Positions 52,793-64,000 of a DNA stretch of 64,000 nucleotides are shown here, in pieces; the first letter of the stretch is position 1; every line of letters starts with the position of its first letter. Under the pieces are notes generated by a model. That model was not told the DNA's origin. It saw nothing but the letters and a program-made list of their open reading frames with translations, and made no database searches. A program made the position numbers and the translations under genes. The stretch comes from Candidatus Latescibacterota bacterium (GTDB taxonomy: Bacteria; Latescibacterota; UBA2968), in NCBI GenBank assembly GCA_965198115.1, contig OZ240241.1, forward strand, positions 4,576,001-4,640,000, in the 5' to 3' direction.

Positions 52793-53917
52793 ATGAAAAT
52801 CACCCACATCGGCTCTGCTTTACTCTCCCCCTTCCCCTGGGTACTCGTCAAGGTCCGCACTGACACAGGTTTGATCGGTATCGGCGAAGCCTACCACGGC
52901 GCTGGAGTCCATCAGATTGCCGTCGACGATCGTCTCACTCGATCGCTCATCGGGCAGGATCCACGTAGCGTCGACAAGCTCTTTCACGACATGATGAGTT
53001 CGATGTCGGCGTCAGGTTTTTATCAGGGCGCGGTCATGAGCGCCATCAGCGGGATCGAAATGGCGTTGTGGGACATCACCGGGCAGAGCTTCGGATGCCC
53101 CATCTGGCAGCTGCTAGGGGGAAAGTTCCGAGATCGGATCCGCGTCTACAACGATTGTCACGAGGGTGAGGAAGACACGCCCGATGGATGGGTCGCAACC
53201 GCGAAAGCCGTCGAGACACGAGGGTTCGACGCCATCAAGTTCGACATCGACCCGCAGCCCTCGCGGCGCGACAATTACAACCGAAACATCAGCAACGAGG
53301 ACATCGATCACTTCGTTTCAGTGGTAGCCGCAGTCCGTGAAGCACTCGATCCGAACACGGATCTGCTCATCGACGCCCACTGGTTCTATGCGCCACCCGA
53401 TATTCTCAAGGTCGCCAAGGCCTTCGAATCGCTGAACCTGCTGTGGCTGGAAGATCCGATTCCACCTGAGAACATCGAAGCGATGGCCAAAGTCACGCGG
53501 TCGACCACAACGCCGATCTGTACAGGTGAAAACTTCTACACCCGTCACGGATTCCGCGATCTGATTCAGCAGCAGGCCGCCGACATCATCTCGCCCGACC
53601 TCGCAAAAGCTGGCGGTCTGCTCGAAGGCCGCCGTATCGCCGACCTCGCAGACATGTACTACATCCCGTTCTCGCCCCACAACATCTGCGGCCCGACCGG
53701 AACCGTCGCTGCCAGCCACGTATGTGCCGCTGTCCCCAACTTCCAGGTGCTCGAGTTCCATCACCTTGATAATGATCTCTGGTCCAACCTCACCGTTGGC
53801 GAGGATCTCATACGGGGCGGCCATCTTGCCGTTCCCACAGGGCCCGGGCTCGGCGTGACACTCGATGAGGGCATCGCCAGGGAAGCGAGCGTCGAAGATC
53901 TCGGATTCTTCGACTAA
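52793..53917 (+). CDS. Mandelate racemase family protein (galactonate dehydratase-like)
   Basis: SGIEMALWDITG, KFD, IDAH, LEDP, TGEN, PHN. Confidence 0.88.
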   Translation: MKITHIGSALLSPFPWVLVKVRTDTGLIGIGEAYHGAGVHQIAVDDRLTRSLIGQDPRSVDKLFHDMMSSMSASGFYQGAVMSAISGIEMALWDITGQSFGCPIWQLLGGKFRDRIRVYNDCHEGEEDTPDGWVATAKAVETRGFDAIKFDIDPQPSRRDNYNRNISNEDIDHFVSVVAAVREALDPNTDLLIDAHWFYAPPDILKVAKAFESLNLLWLEDPIPPENIEAMAKVTRSTTTPICTGENFYTRHGFRDLIQQQAADIISPDLAKAGGLLEGRRIADLADMYYIPFSPHNICGPTGTVAASHVCAAVPNFQVLEFHHLDNDLWSNLTVGEDLIRGGHLAVPTGPGLGVTLDEGIAREASVEDLGFFD

Positions 53918-53984
53918 GGCGTAGACGCGGCGTGAAGATGGGATTACGAATCCGATGATCGGCATCACCGCAAGGGATCGGAAG

Positions 53985-54485
53985 GTGCAACGAGTTGGAT
54001 GGTCATCCTGCCTGCTCGCGTTTGTTGTGCTGGTCAGCGCTTGCGCTGACCAGCCGGAAACGATTCACCCCGTCATCGAACGGATGCCTCGCCTACAGCT
54101 GCTCAAGCGGGTCGGTGAGCTTGTCGAGCCGCTCCTGGACGGAGAAACCGTGGCGGAAGGAGACGTCATTCAGATCGTCTACGTCTCGCCCGGCCCCGGA
54201 TACGGCGCGATTTTCTCCATTGACGGGAGGGACAGCCTGTTGCTACACCGAGCGGAGAAAGGTGTCTCGTTCAAGCTTCGATCAGGGTCTTCGGACACAC
54301 TCAGATCCGCGTATCAACTCGACGACGCGCCTGGTTTCGAACGATTCTACCTCATCACCTCGGAGCAGCCCTTTCACGTTCGTCCCCTCCTCAAGCAGGC
54401 CCTGCAGGCCACACCCGGGTTGCCAAAACTCTCGAAACGTTACCGACTCGACACGTCAACGCTGAAGAAGCAACAGGCACCGTGA
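53985..54485 (+). CDS. Putative lipoprotein (DUF4384-like)
   Basis: Lipobox LVSAC; YGAIFSIDG, LDDAPGFERF. Confidence 0.6.
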   Translation: MQRVGWSSCLLAFVVLVSACADQPETIHPVIERMPRLQLLKRVGELVEPLLDGETVAEGDVIQIVYVSPGPGYGAIFSIDGRDSLLLHRAEKGVSFKLRSGSSDTLRSAYQLDDAPGFERFYLITSEQPFHVRPLLKQALQATPGLPKLSKRYRLDTSTLKKQQAP

Positions 54486-54497
54486 CAGAGGCCAAGA

Positions 54498-55340
54498 ATG
54501 AAGAAATTGCGGGTCGCCAGCTGCCAGTTCCCCGTCACCCACGACATTGCACGCAATGCGCAGTACGTTCGACGCTACATGGGAAAGACGCACGAGACGG
54601 GTGCGCACTTACTGCATACCTCTGAGGCGTGTCTGTCTGGTTACGGGGGCGCCGACTTCGACGGCTTCGACTGGGAACGGCTGCGTGCTGAGACAATGCG
54701 ATTGCGCGAGTTGGCATCTGAACTCGATCTCTGGCTCGTGCTCGGATCGTCCCACTACCTAAGTGAAAGGACTCCACCCACAAACTGCCTCTACTTGATC
54801 GATCCGCGCGGTCGAATCGTTGACCGCTACGACAAGTGCATGTGTACCACTGGAGATCAGCGCGTCTACAGCGCCGGGAACCGTCTCGTCACGAAGACGA
54901 TCAACGGGATTCGCGTCGGCCTCGCCATCTGTTACGACGTCTGCTATCCCCAGATCTACACCGCTTATCGCCTCAAGGGCGTCCAGCTGATGCTCCACTC
55001 TTTCTACAACGCTGGCCACGACGGCCCGAGCTGTCTCGACGTCCTGAACGGGCGCCAGGTCCCCACGCGATGCGCCGACAACCTGATGTGGGCCGTCGCC
55101 AACAACTCGTCACGGCCCTACTCTCACTGGGGCAGCTTCGTCGCGCGTCCCGACGCCACCATCGCTCAGTCGCTGAAGATCAACACCGCCGGCATGCTCG
55201 TACACGACTTCCCAGACGGCCTGTCCGACCGCGGCTGGATTCATAACCGCATTCCGATGAAACTCGCGTCCAACGAGAAGCTCTACTTCGGCAAACCCAG
55301 TCGGCACGTCCGGCAGAGAAACGGGAAGTCGGAACCGTGA
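54498..55340 (+). CDS. Carbon-nitrogen hydrolase family protein
   Basis: TSEACLSGY, RYDK, AICYD. Confidence 0.88.
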   Translation: MKKLRVASCQFPVTHDIARNAQYVRRYMGKTHETGAHLLHTSEACLSGYGGADFDGFDWERLRAETMRLRELASELDLWLVLGSSHYLSERTPPTNCLYLIDPRGRIVDRYDKCMCTTGDQRVYSAGNRLVTKTINGIRVGLAICYDVCYPQIYTAYRLKGVQLMLHSFYNAGHDGPSCLDVLNGRQVPTRCADNLMWAVANNSSRPYSHWGSFVARPDATIAQSLKINTAGMLVHDFPDGLSDRGWIHNRIPMKLASNEKLYFGKPSRHVRQRNGKSEP

Positions 55341-55392
55341 GTTTCCCGCGTCTTTCGATTCTCCCACCCCCCGACCCCATCCAGACCCTCCC

Positions 55393-57588
55393 GTGACCCG
55401 CAAGCGCGACGCAACCGACGTCACGATCCGTGCGGTAAAGGGCGACGTTCGAATCCGTCGCTACGAGCACGGTTATCCCCACATCCAGGCCGATGCGGAA
55501 ATCGACCAGTTCTACGGCCTCGGTTACGCCCACGGACGCGACAGGCAGATGCAGATGAGCCTGCTCCGCATCGTGGGGCAGGGCCGTCTCTCCGAATGCC
55601 TGCGAGCGGATCCGGCCCTCGTCGAGCTGGACAAGCGAACGCGCTGGTTGAACCTCGGGGGCGAGGCCGCTGAGGAAGCGGCCACCATGTCGGGCGACTT
55701 TCAGGATACCCTCGAGATTTATTGTCGAGGCGTCAACGACGCCTTCGCGTCAACGGGACGTCCATTCGAGTTCAAGCTGGCCGGCTACCGACCCGAACCG
55801 TGGACACCCGCGGACACGCTCCTGATCACGAAGGTCATGGGCTTCGTCGGGCTCACTCAGGCCCAGGGCGAGGCGGAAAAGTTCATCGTCGAGCTCATCC
55901 AGAAGGGCGTGGATGCCGAGCGGATTCAGGAGTTATTCCCGGAAATCACAGAGAATCTGTCGCCTGACTACGTGGATCTCCTCAGAAAAGTGCGGTTGGC
56001 GCGACCCACGATCGATCCCACCATCCTGTGGGAAGTTTTGCCCGCTTTCTCCGCGAGCAACAACTGGGCGATCCGGCCCGAGCGATCGGCATCCGGTGCC
56101 CCCATCCTCTGCGGCGATCCCCATCTCGCCATGCAATTGCCCGTCATCTGGTACCCCGTCGTCCTGACAGACGGAGTCGACTACCTCTCGGGTGCCACGA
56201 TCGCCGGACTACCCGTCATCGCCATAGGCCGATCGCGTAGCCTCGCGTGGTCGGCCACCTACGGGACTTCGGACGTGAGCGATTTCATTGTGGAGGACGT
56301 GAAGGGGGGCAGATACCGTCGAGGAACCGAATGGATCGATTTCGAGGTCCGGGAGGAGGTACTGCAACCGCGCGGGAAAGCCCCCATCACGTTCACGGTC
56401 TACGAAACCGATCACGGGCCGCTGGAAGGAACACCCGAGGAGGACGGCTACTACCTGAGCTACGCGTGGGCTTCTCGGAAACGGGGTGGCACGGCAGCGG
56501 AGTCGCTTCAACAGTTCGTCAACCTCAAGCGGTCCACCGACGTTCACGGCGCCATCGATGCCTTCGCGGGAATGACATTCGCCTCGTTCAATTGGGTATT
56601 CGCAGACCGAAGCGGCAACATCGGCTACCAGCTGGGAGGACTCGTGCCCCAGCGACCCGCGGGCAGTTCGGGATTGATCCCTCTCCTTGGATGGGAAGCA
56701 TCGTGGAACGGATTTGTCGACCCTGCCCAATACCCGCGGTGCATCAATCCCGACGGCGGCATTATGGTCACCGCAAACAATGATCTGAATCATCTGGGGC
56801 AGGTGGCCCCGATGACGTTGCCCATGTCGTCCTACCGGGCAGACCGCATCGTCGAATTGATCGGCAATAGCTCCTCGTTGACACCGGAAAACATGAAAAA
56901 AATCCACTATGATCGATGCTCGCTTCAGGCAGCAAGATTCCGATCCCTCATCGAGCCTCATTTACCCGACAACGACATCGGTCGTGCGCTGCGTGAATGG
57001 GACGAACGTTACGATTCCGACTCGGTCGCAGCAACCGCCTTCGAACGCATCTACAAGGAATTGATCCGGACCGTTTTCGGCGACGGGGGCCTCGGCAGAA
57101 ACGTCATCGATCATCTCCTCACCGAGACCTCGCTCTATAGCACGCTCCATCGAAATTTCGATCGTGTCCTTCTCAGCGATGCATCGCCCTGGTTTCGCGA
57201 TCGAGCGCCCGACGAACTCTATGCGCAAGCCGTGTCACGGGCCCTTTCAGCAGCCATCCCTCCTCACAGTCAGGACGCACGGACGACTCTCTACAACATC
57301 TTCTGGGCGGGGAAGCTCCCCAGATTCTTGGGATTCGACGTCGAAATCGAACACCTCGGGAGCCGCGCAACGGTGTCCCAGTCGCAGAAATTCGGTCTTG
57401 CCGGCCGCACGTCCTCCGTCGGGGCCGGAATACGGATGATCGCCGATCTGGGCGACGACCTTCTTCACATCACGACCGCGGGCGGTGCATCGGATCGACG
57501 CTCGAGTCCGTACTACCTCGACGGGATCGACGATTGGCTCGCTGGACGTTACGTCATCCTGTCACCCGATCCGCCCGAGGATTCGTGA
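55393..57588 (+). CDS. Penicillin acylase family (Ntn hydrolase)
   Basis: GYPHI, GYAHGRDR, SNNWAI, GDPHL, TANN. Confidence 0.9.
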   Translation: MTRKRDATDVTIRAVKGDVRIRRYEHGYPHIQADAEIDQFYGLGYAHGRDRQMQMSLLRIVGQGRLSECLRADPALVELDKRTRWLNLGGEAAEEAATMSGDFQDTLEIYCRGVNDAFASTGRPFEFKLAGYRPEPWTPADTLLITKVMGFVGLTQAQGEAEKFIVELIQKGVDAERIQELFPEITENLSPDYVDLLRKVRLARPTIDPTILWEVLPAFSASNNWAIRPERSASGAPILCGDPHLAMQLPVIWYPVVLTDGVDYLSGATIAGLPVIAIGRSRSLAWSATYGTSDVSDFIVEDVKGGRYRRGTEWIDFEVREEVLQPRGKAPITFTVYETDHGPLEGTPEEDGYYLSYAWASRKRGGTAAESLQQFVNLKRSTDVHGAIDAFAGMTFASFNWVFADRSGNIGYQLGGLVPQRPAGSSGLIPLLGWEASWNGFVDPAQYPRCINPDGGIMVTANNDLNHLGQVAPMTLPMSSYRADRIVELIGNSSSLTPENMKKIHYDRCSLQAARFRSLIEPHLPDNDIGRALREWDERYDSDSVAATAFERIYKELIRTVFGDGGLGRNVIDHLLTETSLYSTLHRNFDRVLLSDASPWFRDRAPDELYAQAVSRALSAAIPPHSQDARTTLYNIFWAGKLPRFLGFDVEIEHLGSRATVSQSQKFGLAGRTSSVGAGIRMIADLGDDLLHITTAGGASDRRSSPYYLDGIDDWLAGRYVILSPDPPEDS

Positions 57589-58535
57589 TCGTGGCCAGAG
57601 GCGACCCCATCCTGTGGCGACGCATCGACGTCCCCGCTGCCCTCCGCGCTTCGGAAACCGTCGATGGCCGATCGATCGGTTACGGCGGTGACATCCGGAT
57701 CGGAAGCCTGCGGGAGAGAGGGTCCGTCGACTTTCTGGTGTATCGATCGTTGAACGATGGACACAATGGCGGGGGGATGAAGCCGAGTTTCCTCGGAGCG
57801 TTCGACGTTGACGGGAACATCCTCTGGCAGCAAGGAGAAAGCGGCACACAGCCCTCTCGTCCGGGTCCGGTCACGCTCTACGACGTCAATAGCGACGGAC
57901 GCGATGAGGTCATCTGCTTCTTCAAAGACACATCGAAGGACGCCGACCCGACGTCGCTTGCCGATGTCGTCGTCCAAGTTCGAGACGGATCCTCGGGTGA
58001 CGTCATCCATCAAGCCGCACCCCCATCGATCACATCGTGTGCGGGCGAGGGCGCGAACTGGGTCCATCAACGCCTGCTGATCGCGAATCTGCGGGGACTC
58101 GATCGCCCGGCCGACCTCGTCGTCAAGCTAGGCAATCGCGTCGTCGCACTCGACGACCGGTTCGAAACGCTCTGGACACACACATCTCCGTGGACGGAAT
58201 ACGGTCATTGCCCGGCTTACATTCCCTCTATCGGCGACTTGGATGGAGACGGCCGCGACGAGGTCAACGGAGGTTACTTCATCCTCGATCACGACGGCAG
58301 CGTCCTGTGGGAACAGGACCTCGCCCCCAACATGGACTCGGTCGCCGTCACGACGTGGGATGATGGCCGGATGCGCGCCATTTGCTCCGGTGGAGGTCAC
58401 GTCCTCGACGAAACAGGCGATTTCGTTCTGTCGCTCGGCGTGGAGGTCGTCCCCCACGGCCAGGAAGTACGGGTTGCACGATTCGACCTGGATGATCCCG
58501 CACCTCAGATGGTCAGACCGCGCGCGCGACCGTAG
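57585..58535 (+). pseudogene. FG-GAP/beta-propeller protein (rhamnogalacturonan lyase-like), probably 3'-truncated
   Basis: YDVNSDGRDEV, GDLDGDGRDEV, HGQE; ends abruptly in a convergent truncated gene. Confidence 0.6.
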
Positions 58536-59269
58536 CAGCGAGGGACGCAACGACGTTGATGACGGATCGATACCCACCTTGTGAAACGTGTGGGTGTAGA
58601 CACTGGCGACGGCGAACAGGACGACCACACCGATCGCACCGAGATGTAGCGTGGGATCTTCAACCAGAACGGGGACGACGATATCGTACGCCCTCAGGAA
58701 ACGCCTCCGATCAAGGGGAAATAGAGCAACAACAGAATGGCCCCTCGTGCGATCGCACTTTTCCCGCGCCCGGATTGAGAGGCGATGTCGTTCATGACAT
58801 AGGCGATTCCCATGGCTGCGGCGTGGAGGGTGAGGACCGCCCCGATCGCGAGTAGCTGCAAACCGGCCGTGTTCATCAGGCCCACTGCGCACGCGTAGGC
58901 TACGGATACGGATACGGATACGGATACGGATACGGATACGGAAGCTACGTAGATCCATCCGACCACGATCCGGGACACGGCAGCGGTTCGGATCGTGACG
59001 GGAAGCAGGCGCAGCCTCGTATCCCGGCTCCATAGCCGGTAGCCCGAGTGATTCACGAGCACCATGGCTCCCGACGCGCAGAGAAACATCACGTGCGCGA
59101 TGTTCGTCGCCTTCTCGCGGGTAGTTGCCACCGCAAAGATGAACACGAAAAGCGCAATGAGACTCGCGACCACCACGAGGATCGCCCTCATCTCCCGCCT
59201 GAGATCCCACCCGAGCAGGCGAAGCATCAAGTGGCCCTCCTCCGGGGCACGTGCACGATCCGAGACCAT
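58515..59269 (-). pseudogene. Membrane (ABC permease-like) protein, paralog of 59303-60660, frameshifted and truncated, containing an SSR
   Basis: MLRLLGWDLRRE, RLRLLPV; frame shift near 58705. Confidence 0.65.
58901..58942. repeat. Simple sequence repeat (TACGGA)x7
   Basis: Seven perfect hexamers encoding (SV)7 on the minus strand. Confidence 0.95.
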
Positions 59270-59302
59270 GGTTGTGTCTTGAATGTTTTCCTCAACGTAG
59301 GA

Positions 59303-60660
59303 TCATCCTGTCAAGTAGCTTCGTCGGTTGACATAGCTTCGAATGCTGAGGTTCCGAAAGAGGATCGCCAATCCGAACGTGAGGATGAAGACAATGACAG
59401 GCATCCCTTCGAAGAAGCTCCGATTGAGGGAACTCACTGCTATCATCCCGAAGATGAGAACGATTGCTGGAGGCACGCTCACCCCCGGGCTCCACACCTC
59501 GACAAAGACCTGGAAACGCGCAGAAGGAGCGAGTAGTCCTCGGTCAAGGATGAACAGGAACGCCGATTGAAGGATCCAGATCACACCAGCAACCCCGAGG
59601 ACGAATGCTGCCAGCTCCGCGTTTCCGGTCACACTTCCCCAGACGATCCAGAATCCCGCGTGAGGCAACCAGAGGGTCGCAACGACGATGGAGCGATATC
59701 GAGCGAGCGTGGTCAGATCGACGGGTAAGATCGAGTACTGGCATCGCTTCGGCTCCTCACCATCCACGATGGCTTGAAAGATGGCCCCCATAACCGTCGT
59801 CGCGATGATGAGACCGATCACGCTGGCGATCTGCTTGGGGGAAGTGAAATCCCACGGCTGGTCGGACCTCGATTGCATCCAGAAGCACAAGCCTGCGTGA
59901 CAGACGATCTGTAGCAGATAGGACCCCCTGTAGGCACGTAGATGGGTGCGGAGCAGATACCGAAGGGGGGACACGGCATGTCCGATGGCTTTGGCGGAAG
60001 ATGTGCGGAGCAGGTTTGCTTGAGGTGCCACCCACACCTCGTAGCGAACGTGCGTCTGGATGCCAACAACCGCGAGCAGGGTGGCAATACCCACCACACC
60101 CAAGAAGATCACGGGATCGCCTGTCATGGCGGGTACGATCGAATGATACACCTTCAGAAAGATGGCGGCGAACGGGGGCCCGTAGACCACGAACAGGATG
60201 ACAAAAGGCGCGACGATCCCCCCTTTGCCACCCCAGATCATAACCGTGTCGCTCAACGTGTAACCGAGCGCGAGGACAGCCGCGTGGAGCACGAACACAG
60301 CTGCAGTGGAGCTGATCGCCTCCAGTGGATCCACCCGACCCGACAGAGACGCCACGATGACGTAGACAGCCGCAAGAATCGCCAGGTAACTCCATCCCAC
60401 GAAAATGCGTGAGACCCCCGCGGCTCGCGCGGAGATCGGAAGGAGCCGTAATCGGGAATCCTTCCCGGCCGATCGGAATCCGGCGTGATTCATCAGGACG
60501 GTCATCATCGAGAACGTCAGGTGCATTGTCCAGGCCAGGCGAAGTCCTTTTTCCGTAGCGACGACGAAATACAAAAAGGCGAGCATCGCTGAGGAGCCAG
60601 CCGCGAAACGAACAGGCCGATCGCCTCTCGCCGAAGATCCCACGCAAGTAGGCGGAGCAT
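59303..60660 (-). CDS. ABC permease-like multi-TM protein (frameshift near 60605)
   Basis: MLRLLAWDLRRE start overlaps the ATPase stop; RLRLLPIS, YSILPVD. Confidence 0.65.
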
Positions 60661-61553
60661 CAGACGGTCTCCGCCACAGATGGCGCACTGCTATTCGACG
60701 TCATCACCTCGATCGCGATTTCATTCAGCGACATGGGCGAAACCTGCACATCGACCGCACCCAACTCGGACAGGTGCGACGCGGTCACGTCTCCATCCGA
60801 GCTGACGAGTTCGTGTCTCCCTCTCTCCTCCCGTTGACGCACGACGGCCGGGATCTCACCAACTGAGCCCTGCTGATGAAACGAAAACCGCCGCCATTTT
60901 TCCCGAAGGGTCTCGGTATCGGCCTCGAGGGAGATCCGCCCCCCGTTCAGGAAGATGAGGTGATCCGCCAGCCGCTCCAGGTCGGACAGTACGTGTGTTG
61001 AGTAGAACACCGTCTTCTCCCCCTCGCTGACCAGATCTCGCAGAATGTCGATCACCTCGGTTCGGACCACTGGGTCCAGTCCGGCCGTCGGCTCATCCAG
61101 CAACAGCAATTGGGGCTCGTAGGCCATCGCCGCGACCAAGGAGAGCTTGACGCGATTCCCGGATGACAGTTCTCTCACGCGTTGATCGAGATCCAAGTTG
61201 AGCCGATCCGCCAGCTCACCGACCAGCGCATCGGACCACGTCGGATAGAAACCGGATAAAAACCTCAGGTTGACCCGCCCCGTCCAGGGGTCGTGGAACG
61301 GTTGCTGATCTCCGACGAAACCGACCCCATGCTTCCACTCGGGACGGTTGAGATCGTTGGGCACGCCGTCGAACCGGACCTCTCCCGACTCTGCTCTGAG
61401 CAGGCCCATCATACAATACATCGTAGTGGTCTTTCCCGCGCCGTTGGGACCGATGAATCCGGTCGCACATCCAGACTCGACCACGAGTTCGATCGGACCC
61501 AGATCGAAACGCGGGAAACTCTTCTTCAGCCCAATCAACTCGAATGCCGGCAT
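60660..61553 (-). CDS. ABC transporter ATP-binding protein (YtrB-like)
   Basis: GPNGAGKTT, LSSGNRVK, LLDEPTAGLDP. Confidence 0.92.
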   Translation of the reverse strand: MPAFELIGLKKSFPRFDLGPIELVVESGCATGFIGPNGAGKTTTMYCMMGLLRAESGEVRFDGVPNDLNRPEWKHGVGFVGDQQPFHDPWTGRVNLRFLSGFYPTWSDALVGELADRLNLDLDQRVRELSSGNRVKLSLVAAMAYEPQLLLLDEPTAGLDPVVRTEVIDILRDLVSEGEKTVFYSTHVLSDLERLADHLIFLNGGRISLEADTETLREKWRRFSFHQQGSVGEIPAVVRQREERGRHELVSSDGDVTASHLSELGAVDVQVSPMSLNEIAIEVMTSNSSAPSVAETV

Positions 61554-61581
61554 TGCTGACTCCTCCTGGGGTTGCGCTTCG

Positions 61582-61980
61582 TCAATTGACGGGCGACGAC
61601 TGCCTCGCATCGCCCAGAATCTCTGTGAAAGCACGTCGAATGGCCGTTCCTGACAGGCCTTCGGCTACCGCCGTCTGCACGATGGGTCCCAACCCTTCCT
61701 TCAACCGGTCGAGCGCGATACGATGGCGATCCGGAGCAGAAACGGCACTGACATAGAAACCCTTCCCTCGTCTGGATCGAATCACGCCTTCGTGCTCGAG
61801 CGTTCCATAGGCACGCTGGACCGTAATCACACTGACTTTGGATTCTCTCGCGAGTGAACGAATCGAAGGAAGCAGCTCCCCCTCCGACAAGGTTCCCGCG
61901 AGAATGGCTGCCCTGATCTGGCGCACGATCTGCGCCTGAAGGGGTTCGGCCGAAAGTTCTGAAAGATGCAGGATCATCAA
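61582..61980 (-). CDS. GntR family regulator (YtrA subfamily)
   Basis: PLQAQIVRQI, LPSIRSLA, VSVITVQRAY, RRGKGFYV; short C-terminus. Confidence 0.9.
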   Translation of the reverse strand: MMILHLSELSAEPLQAQIVRQIRAAILAGTLSEGELLPSIRSLARESKVSVITVQRAYGTLEHEGVIRSRRGKGFYVSAVSAPDRHRIALDRLKEGLGPIVQTAVAEGLSGTAIRRAFTEILGDARQSSPVN

Positions 61981-61985
61981 GCCTC

Positions 61986-62018
61986 ACTTACTGTATATAA
62001 TATATATATACAGTAAGT
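61986..62018. promoter_or_regulatory. YtrA-type operator palindrome overlapping the promoter
   Basis: ACTTACTGTATATA-atata-TATATACAGTAAGT, a 14-bp perfect inverted repeat just upstream of the GntR gene; TTGACG on the minus strand at 62026-62031. Confidence 0.8.
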
Positions 62019-62149
62019 CCCCTTACGTCAACTCGAAAAAAGCTCCCCAATCGCCGTTTGTCACGCGGCGCGCTGGCGTGCGAGACACTTTCGTATCATC
62101 TTAGCCGGCGCTGAAGTCGGCCCTCATCACCCTGTTCTGGGATCGCGGA

Positions 62150-63410
62150 ATGAGCAAAATCAGGCTGGCCATCGTCGGCTGCGGCGGGATGGGACATCGG
62201 CACCTTTACGGTCTGGGAGAGCTTCGCCGTCAAGGTCTCTCTTCCTTCGAGCTCGTCGCCGCGTGCGATCCCAACCGGGGCTGCCGAGTCGCTCGCTGAT
62301 GAGGCCGCCGATCTCTTTGACACCCGGCCAACTGTCGTCACCAATCTCGATGAACTGGCGGAGGCAGGCGTCGAAGCGATCGATGCCCCCACTCTACCTC
62401 GTGTTCACCACGACGTCACTATCGGCACGCTCGAGCGTGGCTGGCACTGCATGGTCGAAAAACCGGTTGACCTGACTGTTCGTGCGTGTAACCTGATCGC
62501 CGCAGCCGCCAAGGACTCTCCACAGGTCCTCAGCGTCGCAGAAAACTACCGCCGCGATCCGATGAACCGTCTTGCACGTGCACTTCTCGACGCTGGCGTG
62601 ATCGGCGACCCCCGCCTCCTCATCCATCATTCGATGGGCGGCAACGGAAACCGAATGCTCATCTCGGTCTGGCGCCATCAAAAGAATCAGAGCGGCCTGC
62701 TCCTCGATGTCGGTGTCCATTTCACGGACATGATGGAATACCTGCTCGGCCCCATCACGACCGTCTATGCCCAGACGCGTCTGCACGAAAAGGTGAGAAT
62801 CAACCCTGCCGCACGCGGGGATGCGTCGGCCTCGAACCCGGCCGGGGTCTACGGGAAATGGCAAAAGGAAATGCCCGGGGAGTTCGAAGCCACAGCGGAA
62901 GACGCGGCCTATGCCACGCTCGAATTCGCCAACGGAGTGGCTGGCCAGTATATCGAAGACCACGCCATCCGTGGCGAGGGGAGCTGGCTCCGCCAGATTC
63001 AGGGCGCGGCTGGATCGATGAATTTGCCACCGGATCGTCGCGGCGCTCCATTGTCGCTCAACATCGAGGGCAAGGAGATCGACGGCGAGAGCGTTCTCGA
63101 CCTTGTCCCCGACTTCCGACTCGACGAAGCTACAGCCAGGCTTTTCGGCGGCGAGAGACTCGGTCACTACGACTTCGAGTTTCCCGAAATCGACCGCAAA
63201 GTCATCGCAACGGAATACGCCGACTTCGGCAACGCCATCCTCGAGGGCCGCGAACCCGAGGTGGGTATCGCACAGGGCACACGATCCGTCGCCGTCTCCT
63301 ACGCACTCATGGAATCGGGCCAGTCCGGACAGATCGTTCAGGTCGACGACGTCATCGCAGAACGCGTCGACGCCTACCAAGCCGAAATCAACGCCGATCT
63401 GCGGATTTAG
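62150..63410 (+). pseudogene. Gfo/Idh/MocA oxidoreductase with two early frameshifts (possibly sequencing errors)
   Basis: IRLAIVGCGGMG, VEKP, VAENYRRDP, LLDVGVH. Confidence 0.8.
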
Positions 63411-63483
63411 TCTCGTGTTTATCTTGGTTCGCCTCTGTTTTTCTTCCGTGTGTTCCGTGGTCCCGTTCTTTTCTTGAGGTAAA

Positions 63484-64000
63484 AATGAGAAGAGAAGTGC
63501 GATGGGAACGCATGTTCCCCGATGAGCTGGAAGCCGCGTTCGAAGAATTCCCAGCGGCGTATCTCGCATACGGTCTGTGTGAGCCGCACGGCCCACAGAA
63601 CGCGCTCGGCAATGACGGCATCCGTTCACACGAAACGCTCATCCTCGTCGCCAAAGAGCACGGGGGCATTGTGTGTCCGCCCTACTACTGGCACTGTCAT
63701 GAAATCGGCGGCTATGCGATGTGGGGAGAGCGCGTGATCGAGAACAAAAGAACCTGGCTGACCGCGATCCCTCCGTGGCACTTTCTGAAAAGCATCTGCT
63801 ACCACATTCGCGCGATGGATGCGCTCGGCTTCAAAGCGACCGTCCTCTTTTCGGGCCATTCCGGACCGCATCGCCAGGACGTACCGATCGTGCTCGATAT
63901 TCTGCAGCATCACGTCGATACGCAGCTATCGCTCTTCATCAGCAGTGGAACTGACCAGGACCATTTCGGAGACGATCTTGGAACAGGCGGTCACGCCGGC
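63484..64000 (+). CDS. Creatininase family protein (partial)
   Basis: WERMFPDEL, YGLCEPHGPQNALGND, FSGH, GGHAG. Confidence 0.8.

Noticed and set aside
15790-63410. Programmed frameshifting in uxuA, the 60605 permease, the Gfo/Idh/MocA gene and IS256 copy D
   Set aside because: Scattered single-base indels without clear slippery sites; long-read error or decay is more likely.
46-63954. Numerous long overlapping or antisense ORFs in the six-frame track (e.g. 22318-23679 +, 47803-49398 -)
   Set aside because: Shadow ORFs of real genes in high-GC DNA, with no motifs.

Overview
GC-rich bacterial chromosomal window; the paired EF-hand/dockerin-like C-terminal tags and the many PhyH, enolase-superfamily and Gfo/Idh/MocA genes suggest a Latescibacterota-like organism (inference only). 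It holds catabolic and transport genes, an envelope-stress cluster (OmpR/RstA-like two-component system plus several Spy/CpxP-like proteins and 10-bp-phased TGTAAC boxes), parE/parC and a GntR(YtrA)-ABC operon. The mobile-DNA load is heavy: four near-identical IS256 copies (three with 8-bp target duplications) disrupt fliG, a four-helix-bundle gene, an IS200 tnpA and a cytochrome c gene, and 37.7-44.2 kb is a scramble of IS, integrase and gene fragments. The most unusual feature is a transposase-less element of about 0.8 kb, present twice (5736-6500 and 36930-37746), with TGT...ACA ends and imperfect terminal inverted repeats; copy 1 has a 7-bp target duplication. Its cargo looks like phage DNA-packaging signals: two cos-like modules, an IHF-like site between inverted repeats and the first ~33 codons of a terminase small subunit, with the central module differing between the two copies. 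No rRNA, intact tRNA or CRISPR array was seen. Several frameshifts may be long-read errors.
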